Assembly (NCBI GenBank): GCA_026770705.1
Contig: JANJGN010000047.1
Span: 4,402,001-4,466,000, forward strand
DNA length: 64,000 bases
Direction: 5' to 3'
Source of the DNA: Isurus oxyrinchus
Lineage: Eukaryota
Positions 14,361 to 26,953 of the stretch are shown piece after piece. Under the pieces are notes generated by a model, which made no database searches, had not been told where the DNA came from, and saw only the letters and a program-made list of their open reading frames with translations. Each line of letters starts with the position of its first letter. Position 1 is the stretch's first letter. Made by a program: the position numbers and the translations under genes.

Positions 14361-15040
14361 AGAATCATAGAAATGTTATAGAACATAAGGAGACCATTCG
14401 GCCCGTCTTTTCCAAGGCATCACGAGGAAGCCCAGTTGTCCTTTCTAATCCCACCTTCCTTCACTCGTCCCATATCCCTGCAGCTGGCAGCACTTTAGTT
14501 GCACATCCAGGTGCTTTTAAAAAGAGTTTAAGGTTTCTGCCTCTACCAAAAATATGGACAGTGAATTCCAGACACCCACTACCTTCCGTCTAAAATATGT
14601 CCTCGCCATTTCACCGCCTATATCTTCTGAATCTATGTCCCCTTGTTTTAGAATTGTCCATCAAGTGATACAATTTTAGCCTGTCCACGCTAGCTATTCC
14701 TAATATAATTTTGTACACCTCAATCAAGTTACCTCTCAAGCCTTCTTTGTTCGAAGCAAAATAACCCCAACCTATCCAATCTTTCCTCATAGCTACACTT
14801 CTCTAAATCTGGCAACATTCTTGGAAACCTCCCCTGCACTCTCCTTCCTGTAATGCAGTGACCAGAACTGCACACAATACCCCAGTTGAGGCCTTACAAA
14901 AGTTTCATACAATTCCAACAATTTATCCTTACTTTTATATGCTGTACCTCTGCCAATGAAGGAGAGCATTCCATATGGATCATTTCCAATCTTGTCTACT
15001 TGAACTGCTACTTTCAGTTACCTGTGAACTATATGCCAAG
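14361..15040 (-). mobile_element. CR1 LINE 3' end
   Basis: agaatcatagaaatg..ggagaccattcggccc tail; gaccagaactgcacacaatac is the reverse complement of YCVQFWS. Confidence 0.85.
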
Positions 15041-15379
15041 ATCACTATGGTTTAATCTGCAGTAATGTTTACATTTTATCATGACTGATTTTCTCTTGAA
15101 ATCCATATCCCTGTTAATAAAGCACAAAACCTGTACGCTTTATCATCATAGCCTATCAGATTCAGTAATTTATGGAAATATAACAGACCTGTCTGCCTCA
15201 TAACCATATATTTATTGTACCCAGTATTTTCTATATACTCTCCTCCAGGTACTTACCAAGTTAATCACCTCATAGCTTCGTATCATTGGCAAACTTTTAA
15301 TTTGTGTGTTTGCAGTCAATTATCTGCTATCACGACATAGTAATAAAAACAGGCGATTAACGTTGATATGTTAATTGGT

Positions 15380-15850
15380 TAGTGAGGTGATGGCAGATCG
15401 GGAATTATCGTACGTGGAAAGCTTGGTCAGGCTTGTGGATGATCCCATGCAGAATAATGACAGTTGATGTTTTTTACACTTTTAAGGTCCTGACGGAGAT
15501 TGACATGGTGACGGCTGAGCGGATATTTCAACTCGTGGAACCGTCTGGAACTGGACTGCAGAGCTTACAAACTAAGGTTCCTCCCATTTCAATCGCAGGT
15601 GAGAAGATTTTTTCTCTCGGGTGATCTTGAAACTTTGAATATCTCTTGTCCAAAGAGCAGTGGCAGCAGGGCCAGTGCACATGCTTTAACACGAATGTAG
15701 AAGCACACTTGATTAACAAGGGAGTCGAATTTGATCGCAGGGAGCTTCAATGTGGGGTTGAGGCCACAAGAATATCAGTCATGGTCTAATTGAATTGCAG
15801 AACAGGCTCTAATGTCAGAATGACCTACTGTTGCTCCTAGTTAGTATGTC
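15380..15850 (+). mobile_element. Decayed CR1 LINE 3' end
   Basis: LSY.E.L, FKVL..ID.V..ERIF.L remnants and gaatgacctactgttgctccta tail. Confidence 0.7.
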
Positions 15851-16429
15851 TGGGGAATATGTTATTGCTGAAGAACATCTGTTGGCTGAAGTTTCCGTTT
15901 AAGAATGTGGGAGGGAGTAGTTCTGTGTGGAGAGAGATCTCTGTGTGCATGATGTTTCTCTGTATGGATGTTGTCTGAAGAGGGCGCCAGTGTGCGTGAG
16001 TGGGAAGATCTCCTCTCAGTGGAGCAAGGCTGCATCAGCAAGAATGAAAAAAAAAAGATGAATACAAGAGTATCCTCCTCCTTCTCACTGTCCTGTGCAT
16101 GTCTTTCTCTGTTATCTTCCTCTGGCCTTATTTCATACCGGGTTAGATTTCCAAAATAGAAACACCATCCGAGATCTCTCAACTGCTCAAATTCTGCTCC
16201 CTTGTCCATCTCAAATTTTCATCTCCTCAACATTGAGGAGTGAGGGTTACACATGACCTACAATCATATCTCCTCCTTCTGTCGTTCAACCAATGGAACG
16301 TCACAGAGTATCATTCTAAATATACCTCAACCACTGCTATCGGCGATGAAAGCCAGTTAAGTTACTTCATTTTAAGTTCAACCTATAACCTGTCTTCTCA
16401 GAAAATAAAGAAGAAGATACAAAATTGTA

Positions 16430-17504
16430 ATAAAAAAAAACCGAAAATGCCTGAAAACAACTCTGCTCATCTGGTAGCATCTGTGGAGTGGGAAACAGAA
16501 AAAAGAACTGTGAGTCCAATAACACTTATTTCTTAGGAACTGGACAGAAGTGGAATTCTGATGAGCTTAAAGGTGCTGTAAAGAAAAGGAGGGGGCAGAG
16601 CAACAAATTAAGAGGTCAGGGATAAGCGGGAGGGTCGGAGAGACTACATTAGAAAGATGCATTGGAACACAGGACAAAGGGCATGGCAATCAACTTGCTA
16701 AAGTTTGATACTTTTTTCTAGACTAGGTGTCGATAGCACAATAAATGTCAGCACTGTCTGAAACAAAATAAAAGGTTGGCAGAAAATGGCAGAAAAAAAT
16801 ACAGCTCTGTCTAAAAGCAACAAGAAAAGAATGTTACAGACTGGCACAGGCAAAGAAGAGAATCAGAAGCTTGAAAATAGTTGCTTGCCGGAAGTTGTTA
16901 AATTCCATCCTGAATCCAAAAGCCTTTAAAATGCTTAATTGGAAGATACGATATTGTTCTTCCAGCCTGCATTGGCCTTCATTGGAAGATTACAACATGC
17001 TGAGGACAGAGATTGAGCCTGAGAGCAATCTGGTGTATTGAAATAGCAAGTGATAGGAAGGTCGGGATCATGCTGGACAGAGATTGTTTTATTTACCGCA
17101 AGACCACCAAGTCTGTTTTTGCTCTTCGCAATGAAGATGAGACTACATTGTGAGCAGCGAATACAGTAGAATACATTGAACGAAATACTACTAAATTGCT
17201 GCTTCACCTGGAGGGATTGCTTGAGGCTTTGAAGGCAAAGGGGGATGAGGAAAAGGTGCAGATGTTACAGCTCATTCGATTGCAAGTGAGAGTGTCCTGT
17301 AAAGGCAATAAAGTGTTGAAGTTGAAAGTGGATTGCACCAAGGTGTCGCAGAGGGAGCTGTTTCATTGTAATTTTGCAGGCTGGGGAGGGGGCGATGTGT
17401 TTGCTGCTGACATCATGCTACATTCGTGGAAGTGGCATAGGCCACTGGGGTGGTGAATGAGTTCATGGGGAACCACGTCCTACTTTCAGGAAGATGTGTG
17501 CAGA
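16430..17504 (-). mobile_element. Old degenerate Penelope-like element, 3' part (GIY-YIG remnant and tail)
   Basis: NVFYCIRCSQCSLIFIAKSKNRLG...DLPITCYFNTP at 16935-17207, alignable to the young copy. Confidence 0.8.
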
Positions 17505-17518
17505 AGTGCTGGATATGC

Positions 17519-20070
17519 CTGGAAAATCTCAGCAGGTCTGGCAGCATCGGCGCAGAAGAAAAGAGTTGACGTTTCGAGTCCTCATGACCCTTGGACAGAA
17601 CTTGAGTTCGAGTCCAAGAAAGAGTTGAAATATAAGCTGGTTTAAGGTGTGTATGTGGGGGGGCGGAGAGATGGAGAGAGAGAGAGGTGGCGGAGTGGGG
17701 GTGTGTGGTTGTATGGACAAACAAGCAGTGATAGAAGCAGATCATCAAAAGATGTCAACGACAATGGTACAATAGAACACATAGGTGTTAAAGTTAAAGT
17801 TGGTGATATTATCTAAACGAATGTGCTAATTAAGAATGGATGGTAGGGCACTCAAGGTATAGCTCTAGTGGGGGTGGGGGAGCAAAAAAAGATTTTTAAA
17901 AAATTAAAAATAATGGAAATAGGTGGGAAAAGGAAAATCTATATAATTTATTGGAAAAAAAAGGAAGGGGGAAACAGAAAGGGAGTGGGGATGGGGGAAG
18001 GAGCTCACGACCAAAAGTTGTTGAATTCAATATTCAGACCGGAAGGCTGTAAAGTGCCTAGTTGGAAGATGAGGTGTTGTTCCTCCAGTTTGCGTTGGGC
18101 TTCACTGGAACAATGCAGCAAGCCAAGGACAGACATGTGGGCAAGAGAGCAGGGTGGAGTGTTAAAATGGCAAGCGACAGGGAGGTTTGGGTCATTCTTG
18201 CGGACAGACCGCAGGTGTTCTGCAAAGCGGTCGCCCAGTTTACGTTTGGTCTCTCCAATGTAGAGGAGACCACATTGGGAGCAACGAATGCAGTAGACTA
18301 AGTTGGGGGAAATGCAAGTGAAATGTTGCTTCACTTGAAAGGAGTGTTTGGGCCCTTGGACGGTGAGGAGAGAGGAAGTGAAGGGGCAGGTGTTGCATCT
18401 TTTGCGTGGGCATGGGGTGGTGCCATAGGAGTGGGTTGAGGAGTAGGGGGTGATGGAGGAGTGGACCAGGGTGTCTCGGAGGGAGCGATCCCTACGATAG
18501 GCTGATAGGGCTGTGAAGGGAAGATGTTTGGTGGTGGCATCATGCTGGAGTTGGCAGAAATGGCGGAGGATGATCCTTTGACTGCGGAGGCTGGTGGGGT
18601 GATAAGTCAGGACAAGGGGGACCATATCATGTTTCTGGGAGGGAGGAGAAGGCGTGAGGGCGGATGCGTGGGAGATGGGCCGGACACGGTTGCGGGCCCT
18701 GTCAACGGCCGTGGGTGGAAAACCTTGGTTACGGAAGAAGGAGGACATGTCAGAGGAACTGTTTTTGAAGGTAGCATCATTGGAACAGATGCGACGGGGG
18801 TGAAGGAACTGAGAGAATGGGCTGGAGTTCTTACAGGAAGCGGGGTGTGAGGAGCTGTAGTCGAGGTAGCTGTGGGAGTCGGTTGGTGTGTAATGGATAT
18901 TGGTGGACAGTCTATCACCAGAGATTGAGACAGAGAGGTCAAGGAAGGGAAGGGAAGTATCAGAGATGGACCACGTGAAAATGATGGAGGGGTGAAGATT
19001 GGAAGCAAAATTAATAAATTCCTCCAAGTCCCGACGAGAGCATGAAGCGGCACCGAAGAATTCATCGATGTACCGGCGAAAGAGTTGTGGAAGGGGGCCG
19101 GAGTAGGACTGGAACAAGGGATGTTCCACATACCCTTTAAAGAGACAGGCATAGCTGGGGCCCATGCGGGTTCCCATAGCCACACCTTTTACATGGAGGA
19201 AGTGAGAGGAGTTTAAGGAGAAATTGTTCAACGTGAGAACAAGTTCAGCCAGACGGAGGAGAGTAGTGGTGGATGGGGATTGTTCGGGCCTCTGTTCGAG
19301 GAAGAGGCTAAGGGCCCTCAGACCATCCTGGTGGGGGATGGAGGTGTAGAGGGATTGGACGTCCATGGTGAAGAGGAAGCTGTTGGGGCCAGGGAACTGG
19401 AAATTGTTGATGTGACATAATGTGTCAGAGGATTCACGGATGCAGGTGGGAAGAGACTGGACAAGGGGAGAGAGAAGGGAGTCAAGATACCGAGAAATGA
19501 GTTCTGTTGTGCAGGAGCAAGCTGAGATGATCGGTCTACCGGGGCAGTTCTGTGTGTGGATTTTGGGTAGGAGATAGAAGCGGGCCGTCCAAGGTTGGGC
19601 GACTATCAGCTCTGGAAGGGAGATCCCCAGAGGAGATGACGTCAGTGACAGTCCTGGAAACAATGGCTTGATGTTCAGTGGTGGGTTCATCGTCCAGGGA
19701 AAGGTAGGAGGAAGTGTCTGCGAGTTGACACAACTTTAACATCTATATGTTATTTTGTTCTATTGTTGTTGACATCTTTAGATGATCGGCTTCTATCACT
19801 GCTTGTTTGTCCCTACAACCACACCCCCCTCCACTTCTCTCTCTCTCTCTATCCCCCCCCCCCCACCCTCCCACACACACACACACCTTAAACCCGCTTA
19901 TATTTCAACTCTTTCTTGGACTCGAACTCAAGTTCTGTCAAAAGGTCATGAGGACTCGAAACGTCAACTCTTTTCTTCTCCGCCGATGCTGCCAGACCTG
20001 CTGAGTTTTTCCAGGTAATTCTGTTTTTGTTTTGGATTTCCAGCATCCGCAGTTTTTTTGTTTTTATATT
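17519..20070 (-). mobile_element. Young Penelope-like retroelement, 5'-truncated, with inverted copy of its terminal repeat (19731-20070) and a 14-bp TSD
   Basis: RT plus GIY-YIG ORF on the minus strand. 17519-17795 is the reverse complement of about 19731-20015. Flanks AGTGCTGGATATGC (17505-17518) and AGAGCTGGATATGC (20071-20084). Confidence 0.93.
18005..19610 (-). pseudogene. Penelope-type reverse transcriptase plus GIY-YIG endonuclease ORF (truncated, YIDD changed to YIDE)
   Basis: FYLLPKIH, GRPIIS, FTMDVQSLYTSIP, GVAMGTRMGPSYACLF, RYIDE (19061-19072), FLDL, NLVYCIRCSQCGLLYIGETKR..RFAEH, GLN. Frameshift near 19610 joins the upstream frame RQLADTSSY. Confidence 0.9.
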
Positions 20071-20599
20071 AGAGCTGGATATGCGTTGGATACTTTTCAG
20101 GGGCCAAAGAGCGGGATTCGCTGGGCGGGGGAAGAAGGGAGGATTGTCTGGATGTTAATTGTGAAAGGTAACATAATCAGATATGTGGGAGGCAAGAAAT
20201 TTGTGAATATTAGAGAGTCCTAACCGAAATAATGATGTGAAGATTTACAACCAAGAAGTCTTTGGAAATCAATGGGTTCGCAAGGAATGTTTTTGGACTG
20301 CCTAATGTCAGCAATTGAGACAGGAAAATCACACAATGCAGGTATCAGAGAAGGATGATGTGATAGTGGAAAAGGGATATGATTGGTAGAAAACGTGATG
20401 AATTATATTTGTCTCCAGACGTTCAGGCAAAAGCATGATTTTGCGCCAAAAGAGCCTTCGATGTTCCAGAAAAAAAATTATAACCCTGTGATTGGGCCTA
20501 AGTCGGACTTTATTCAGGAACATCGAACAAGACCACACCCAAAAAAGGCAGATGTAACTGGGGTCCATGCTGGCAGCCATACCCACACTGATGTGAGTG

Positions 20600-20862
20600 C
20601 AAATGTGACATGAGAAAAAACCTTTTTCACGCAGTGAGTAGATGGGATTTGCAATGCCATGCCTAGAATTGAGGTGGAGGCAGGTTCAATATCGGCATTC
20701 AAAAGGTCACTGGATGATTACTTAAAATGAAGCAAATGTGCAGGGCTTCAGGGAAAAGGCAGGAGATTCACACGGATTTAAAATGTCCAGGGAGCCGATG
20801 TAGACAGAATGTGCCTAATGCCGCCATTCTACACCTTTACAGTTCGTTGATTCTGTGATTCT
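20600..20862 (+). mobile_element. CR1 3' tail inserted in the old Penelope element
   Basis: ttttcacgcagtgagt...gtggaggcaggttcaat...gcattcaaaagg...ctggat...ttctgtgattct. Confidence 0.75.
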
Positions 20863-21232
20863 TATTTTGTGGAAGTAAAATAAGAACAAGTTAATGTTTG
20901 TTTCCTCAATGAGATAACGAGTTGAGCCAGGCTGTGGTGAGTGGTGGTGTAATGTTCGGGCCTATATTCATTAAAGAAACCGAGAGCCCTCAACACGCCC
21001 CTGTGGAGGAAGCAGATTTAGAAGGACTGGAAGGACATAGTGAAGAGTGCCCATCAGGGCAATGTAACTGGAAAATTTTGAGGTGATGTAGGGGATCTTA
21101 ATAATCACAAAGTTAGGTAGGAGGTTTATGCACAGTAGGGAGAAAAATAAAGCCTAATATGAAGAAGGAATTCCATCGGGGTAGGCACTGGTGGAGACAA
21201 TGTATTTAATAGGAAAGGCCTTTTGGGGGTAT

Positions 21233-21237
21233 AGATA

Positions 21238-21280
<43 letters not shown>
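21233..21280. repeat. (TA)n microsatellite
   Basis: Direct reading. Confidence 0.9.
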
Positions 21281-21285
<5 letters not shown>

Positions 21286-21496
21286 TGTTACAAGTGGGCT
21301 GCAGAGTTGCCGCACCATGAGGCTGGAGACTTTAGAGGGAAGTTCTCCCTTTGAGTGACTTCAGTCGCAGGCTTGCAAACTATAGCTTGATGTTTGTTGG
21401 TGGGGTTTTGTTCCAGATGCGGTGAAGAATTGTCTGAGTTTAGGTCCACAGACTCTGCAAGGCCGAGGACGGTGTGTCAGGCAACAGGCGCACCAA

Positions 21497-22312
21497 AACA
21501 AAAACAGAATTACCTGGAAAAACTCAGCAGGTCTGGCAGCATCGGCGGAGAAGAAAAGAGTTGACGTTTCGAATCCTCATGACCCTTCGACAGAACTTGA
21601 TTTCGAGTCCAAGAAAGAGTTGAAATATAAGCTGGTTTAAGGTGTGTGTGGGGGGGGCGGAGAGAGAGAGAGAGACAGAGGTGCTTGTGTAGACAAACAA
21701 GCAGTGCTAGAAGCAGATCATCAAAAGATGTCAGTGACAATGGTACAAAAGGACACATAGGTGTTAAAGTTAAAGTTGGTGATATTATCTAAACGAATGT
21801 GCTAATTAAGAATGGATGGTAGGGCACTCAAGGAACAGCTCTAGTGGGGGGAGCATAAAAATTTTAAAATATTTAAAAATAATGGAAATAGGTGGGAAAA
21901 GAAAAATCTATAAAATTTATAGGGAAAAAAAAAGGAAAAGGGGGGAAACAGAAAGGGGGTGGGGATGGGGGAGGGGGCTCACGACCTAAAGTTGTTGAAC
22001 TCAATATTCAGTCCGGAAGGCTGTAAGGTGCCTAGTCGGAAGATGAGGTGTTGTTCCTCCAGTTTGCGTTGGGCTTCACTGGAACAATGCAGCAAGCCAA
22101 GGACAGACATGTGGGCAAGAGAGCAGGGTGGAGTGTTAAAATGGCAAGCGACAAGGAGGTTTGGGTCATTCTTGCGGACAGACCGCAGGTGTTCTGCAAA
22201 GCGGTCGCCCAGTTTACGTTTGGTCTCTCCAATGTAGAGGAGACGACATTGGGAGCAACGAATGCAGTAGACTAAGTTGGGGGAAATGCAAGTGAAATGC
22301 TGCTTCACTTGA
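21497..22312 (-). mobile_element. Second young Penelope-like copy, 3' 0.8 kb only (GIY-YIG plus terminal repeat), perfect 14-bp TSD
   Basis: Nearly identical to 17519-18340. TSD AACAGGCGCACCAA at 21483-21496 and 22313-22326. Confidence 0.95.
21559..21597 (-). ncRNA. Minimal type I hammerhead-ribozyme-like motif in the Penelope terminal repeat (also 17564-17602 minus and 19931-19969 plus)
   Basis: AGUU-CUGUCGA-A-GGGUC-AUGAG-GAUUC-GAAAC-GUC-AACU: stem I AGUU/AACU, stem II, GAAA, GUC cleavage triplet, palindromic ACGU. Core deviates from CUGANGA. Confidence 0.6.
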
Positions 22313-22449
22313 AACAGGCGCACCAATTTGAGCTTGTGAACTTTGTTTTTTTGTTCATTGCATCAATGTCAATGACTGAACACACACACTCACACAGAAC
22401 TACCTGTTGATGAAGATTGTGATTCTGAGCCAAGCTCATAGAAAAGCCA

Positions 22450-23170
22450 AAACTAATTTACCTGACGGTGTGACTCTACAGCGACACTCAGCCATTAGCT
22501 TACATAATGGCTTATAAACTGACGTTGTGATTACAAAGTAACCAGAAAGAGGGAAAATTTTTAATCAACACCAAAGTGACACATTATCTTCAATCTTGAG
22601 CACTAATAACATACTTACTCACTTTTAGAATAACAAACAAGAACCAAGAGATTATCCGTGTCCCAAAGTAATTGAGGAGTTAGAAATCGTCACCCTGCCG
22701 ATGCACTCTCCCGATGATTAGCAAGTAATCTTGTCAAATTAACCCGTCCATTACCTCCAAGCTTGCACTGAGACATTATGTACCCAACTGTCATTAAACT
22801 GACTTGCTACCCATAAACTCCCTCACTCCTCCAAAAGGACAAGCTCCCCACAAACCAACCCTCATCCAAACAATATAATAACATTAACTTCGACCAGTCC
22901 AAAAACTGCGACTCTCGTCCTAACAACGCAAAAAAGTCAATAAAGCCTCCGTCTGATGTGTTGAAATAGAAGATGAAGCACCACTGATAAAATCAAGCTG
23001 TACTGACACAACTCCCATGTTGGGCCCCTGCAATATGTGCCAATAATCTGACGGAAAAACCGTGAACTGAGACTGCGCCAGTTGACTTAGTGATCGCCAT
23101 AAACATATGGACAATGGCAGACCCACACAAAAACAACAATATCTTTCCGTACCACTGTCGATGTAGTTAA
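22450..23170 (+). mobile_element. Possible decayed Ty3/Gypsy RNase H-integrase remnant
   Basis: ADALSR at 22697-22714, followed about 300 nt later by HNSHVG (HHCC-like). Otherwise unreadable. Confidence 0.35.
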
Positions 23171-26100
23171 TCGTGTATTCATTTGATATTTTAAAAAGCG
23201 GTAAAACAATGCACTATCAATTAACTAAACTATTCCAATAAGGCGAATAATCTCTAATTAAAATCGTATGTAACGTTCCATGACACACTGAGCTTTTTAA
23301 AAATGCAAGCACAATAATATGGTCAAATAGAATTGAGTATTCAACTAGCGCTCATAAAGAAATATCAATAATGACGTAATTCAACCATTGGTTTAACCTG
23401 AACTTAACCATTAACTATATCAGCTTCCTGATTAAACTTTACTCAACTTCTGTAGACTGACTCGCATAAATCAGCTTGGGCGTATGAATGCCCGACATCA
23501 TTAATTGAATCAACTACCCATTCAAAAAAACATGCGAAAACTGTGTGAACACAGGCACAGTCTTTGCACGGCCTTCGGGATTATTTGGGATTAATGTGAA
23601 AATGGTTCGATCATTAGCTTAATTCATTAATTGGCTTTAAATGATGGCTCGGGATGATTAGGGACTAACAAATAAAATTTCCATTGTCGGCAGAGCGCAT
23701 GATTTTTGTACTAAACACCTACTTTGAATCTGTATGTGCTGGAGAGTAGATTTTCCCTAACGTGTGATTACGAGAGAATAAATGGGCGACCTTGAATTTG
23801 AAACACATTCAGAAATTGGATATAGGTAAACGCCAGACATTAATCAAAGCAGCAAAATTAACTGGCCGAAAATACGCCAGGGGGACAGAAAGCAGGGAGC
23901 AATCCTGAATGGTCAGTGATTTTACATGATGCAGCAGTCCAGTACTGCTCCGAACGGGTATGTGTTAGGGGTACTTTCTCATATTTAGGCATTGCAGTCA
24001 TCATCAGAAGTGAAACATTAAATCCTTCAGCATTGTATATAAGCGTGATCTGGTGAGCCAGCAAATAACAAATTAAATCTTGTATTGGGCTTTGCTAAGT
24101 GATACATTTTGAGGTAAATTGGCATTTGGCAAAATATAATTTAAATAAACCGAGGCATGCAAATAACATATAAAAGTTTGTATTCCTTGCTGAATCAACA
24201 TCAATAAAATGACTCGAAGCACACGAATGTTAAAAAACAATAGCACTTGCTACAAGAATTATACCTCACCTGCTGCAACAATCACCTCAATGTCCAAATA
24301 TTCATTTTATTGAGCACCAAGCAACGGATTTATAAATCCTCACTTAACAAAGTTTTCACGACCCATTAATTCATCCCTCGCTAATAAATGCATAAAATGT
24401 AGAAATGGTAACCAAGTGCTCTGGCATCTCAGAAATTCTCCAGTGTTTATCACTTTTCATATTACCAAACCATCCATTACAATTTAAACTGATACACTGC
24501 ACACTGTACAACAACACATTGAAGATATTCAGCACACAAACAAAAAGAGGCACGCTCGTTATCCGAGGTAAATTGTAGGCCTAATCGGAATCCCATCCGT
24601 AAAGTGCTGCCTCTAGTCTTCTCTGGGGAATTTGGCTACTCCGAATCATTTATTTTATTCAGCAGAAACCCTGGCCGCCAGTAGCTTGAAGGCGGTGTTG
24701 TTGAGGAGGGTGACGTTAGGGAGGAATTTGGGGGCGGGGTGGGAGCGGTGATAAATGCCCACATGCTGGCTGTAGACTTTCACAGCCTGAGCAATGCCAA
24801 TAGTCGGTTAAAGCAGCCGAAGTAGACGTATTGTTTGTTGCAGACGCCAGATTGTCTCGACAGTTTACCGACATCTGATTCCCTGAACAAATATTAATGA
24901 CACTGGTTAGGACTATTTGCAGGCGACATTCTGCCATGCTATTCCCGTGAATTGGTGCCGTTATCCCAATATACAGCCCCGATTCATTGGCCTGGACATG
25001 TTCAATATTCACAAGAGTTATGTCAATATTATAAGGGAGCAACGACGAGGTTGCTGGTGCCGACATCACCACAACGCCAGGTGCTTCCTGTCAGTTCTGC
25101 ACAACAGCAAAACATACAGCGAGTTCTCTGTAAATCTGCACACAAGCAGCTGCTGTGGGCTTTCCTACAAACATTTTCAGTACTAATTACTTATAAGGAA
25201 ATAAGAACACATTTCATGTCGCAACAAATATCCCTGTGCTCTCTACCTCTCCCCCAGACCTGCTCTGATTGATAGAAACACATTTTTTCAAATGATTGGT
25301 GATATTTCCCGAAGAAGGTGCAAGTACATTTCGGCCGCATATAGAGAATGATTTAGGAGCGGCATAGTTCCAACTGGGTAAATTGGGGAAACCGCCCAAG
25401 TTATAATGGTGATATCTACACATCTGTTATTGGTGATAATAGTAATCAAACAACTGCCCTCTAAATGAAGCATTTTCTCAAAGTGTGACAACAATGGACA
25501 CCAATCAATTAGAAGTCAATGGAGATGCAGCCGATATTCAGATTCAGGTTTTTTTCAATCTCAATAGTTAGCTAAAGTTCGCACACGCTCCCCAGCTCAA
25601 ACATAGATTATAGTCAGGATGCAAAAATACATCACACCGATCTTAAAAATTAAAACACTAAAGCTGTCAAACATAACAGAATAGCTCCCATGAGGCTACT
25701 GAGTTGGCCACTCTGATTTTGATTTTAGAATAACAATGATAAACGAGTACATAATCATTTTGTTGTTCCTTACCTTCTTTGTTATCGCTTGAAGGCATGT
25801 TCTTCTTATTTTTATACCCGACTTCTAGCCTGAAATAAAAATCATATTTTTTTCTTGCAATGTCTGTTGATTTTCAAGTTAATTTAATATCTCATCCCAA
25901 AGCCACCAGTAACGAATAGCGTTAATGATTCATGTTGAAATAACTTTTCACGTGGTTCGGAACTGGTTAAAATGGCAGGTCATTTCGACATGAAATGATA
26001 ACCGTTTCTTTCCGGAGTTGATGCAACACTGGCTGTAAATTCTTGCGTCCTGTTTTGTTTGCATTTTACATCAACACCCTCACTTGTTTTTTTTTCCACC

Positions 26101-26907
26101 GTTTTTTGTACTGAACAGGCAAGTCATGTAATAGGAGCAAAGAAATGGAGAGACAGTTAGAGAGTCACGTGGTTAGAAAGACAGAGACTGAATTAGAGAG
26201 AGTAAGCCAGGAACAAGGCAGATACAGAGAAACACAAACGATCGCACAGACACACACACAGGCAAACACACATAAAGAGATATATCTCAGGGCGAGTGGG
26301 GAAAAGTATTCCAACTGGCTTTTGTGTCATTAACTAGATGTTATGAAGTTAAATAAATTGGCAACATTGTTACTGAACAGAAATTTAATCACACAGCGGC
26401 TTGCTAAGACCTGGAATGCACCACAGGACAGAATGGTAATCATATTCCACAGGATTCTTTAGAAGGCTATTGGACATGTGCTTTAAGAGAACTCATCTGC
26501 GAATGCATGTAGAGATAACAGCAGTTGTGACACAGTAGGTGTAAAAGCCCAAAGCTTTGTAAGCTTCTGTTGTAACTTTCAATGATTCAATGATCTGATA
26601 CAGTGTTGTTGACGCATTTCCTTTCCATCCGAAGAGGAAAAGGCGATGGATGTGCCCTCGGTTCGTTTTATCCTTTAATGGGCAAGTTCATTCTCATTGG
26701 TCTGTTACCAGGCGGCACTCTAGTGCTCTCACATCATAACATCTATATGTTATTTAGAAGGAAGAGCTAACTCTGTTCAAACTGTTTTCAAACACTTAAT
26801 TGCCGCCTTAGCCCGGTTTTTGGAAGGTGTTCGAAGCAGAGCCTGGCATTTGTGCACAGCATTCGCTTAATGCTCAATTCCCAGCGCAGGAATCGAGTGC
26901 CGGGACG

Positions 26908-26953
26908 ATGCTGCGGTCCTTTCTGACTCTAATTGCACTGCAGCTTCTGAAAT
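26908..26953 (+). CDS. Exon 1: signal peptide [15 protein letters not shown]
   Basis: gggacgATGc start context (A at -3), hydrophobic leader, donor T|gtaagt, phase 1 matching the downstream exons. Confidence 0.8.

Larger units (their letters stand above)
20085..21482 (-). mobile_element. Continuation (RT region) of the old Penelope-like element, interrupted by a CR1 tail and a (TA)n tract
   Basis: GMAASMDPSYICLF matches GVAMGTRMGPSYACLF. 20885-21090 aligns to 19205-19420. The KHQAIV segment near 21380 matches EHQAIV. Confidence 0.75.

Noticed and set aside
19611-19690. N-terminus of the 561-aa ORF as a real start
   Set aside because: The true Penelope frame switches near 19610 and the element is 5'-truncated, so these codons are out-of-frame read-through
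18005-19690. Active autonomous Penelope element
   Set aside because: It is truncated and frameshifted, and the catalytic YIDD is YIDE
24590-25500. Cluster of overlapping short ORFs in slightly GC-richer sequence
   Set aside because: No recognisable domain or splice structure
26630-26900. Promoter motifs upstream of exon 1 (GAGGAA ETS-like, inverted CCAAT)
   Set aside because: Short motifs expected by chance, with no TSS evidence
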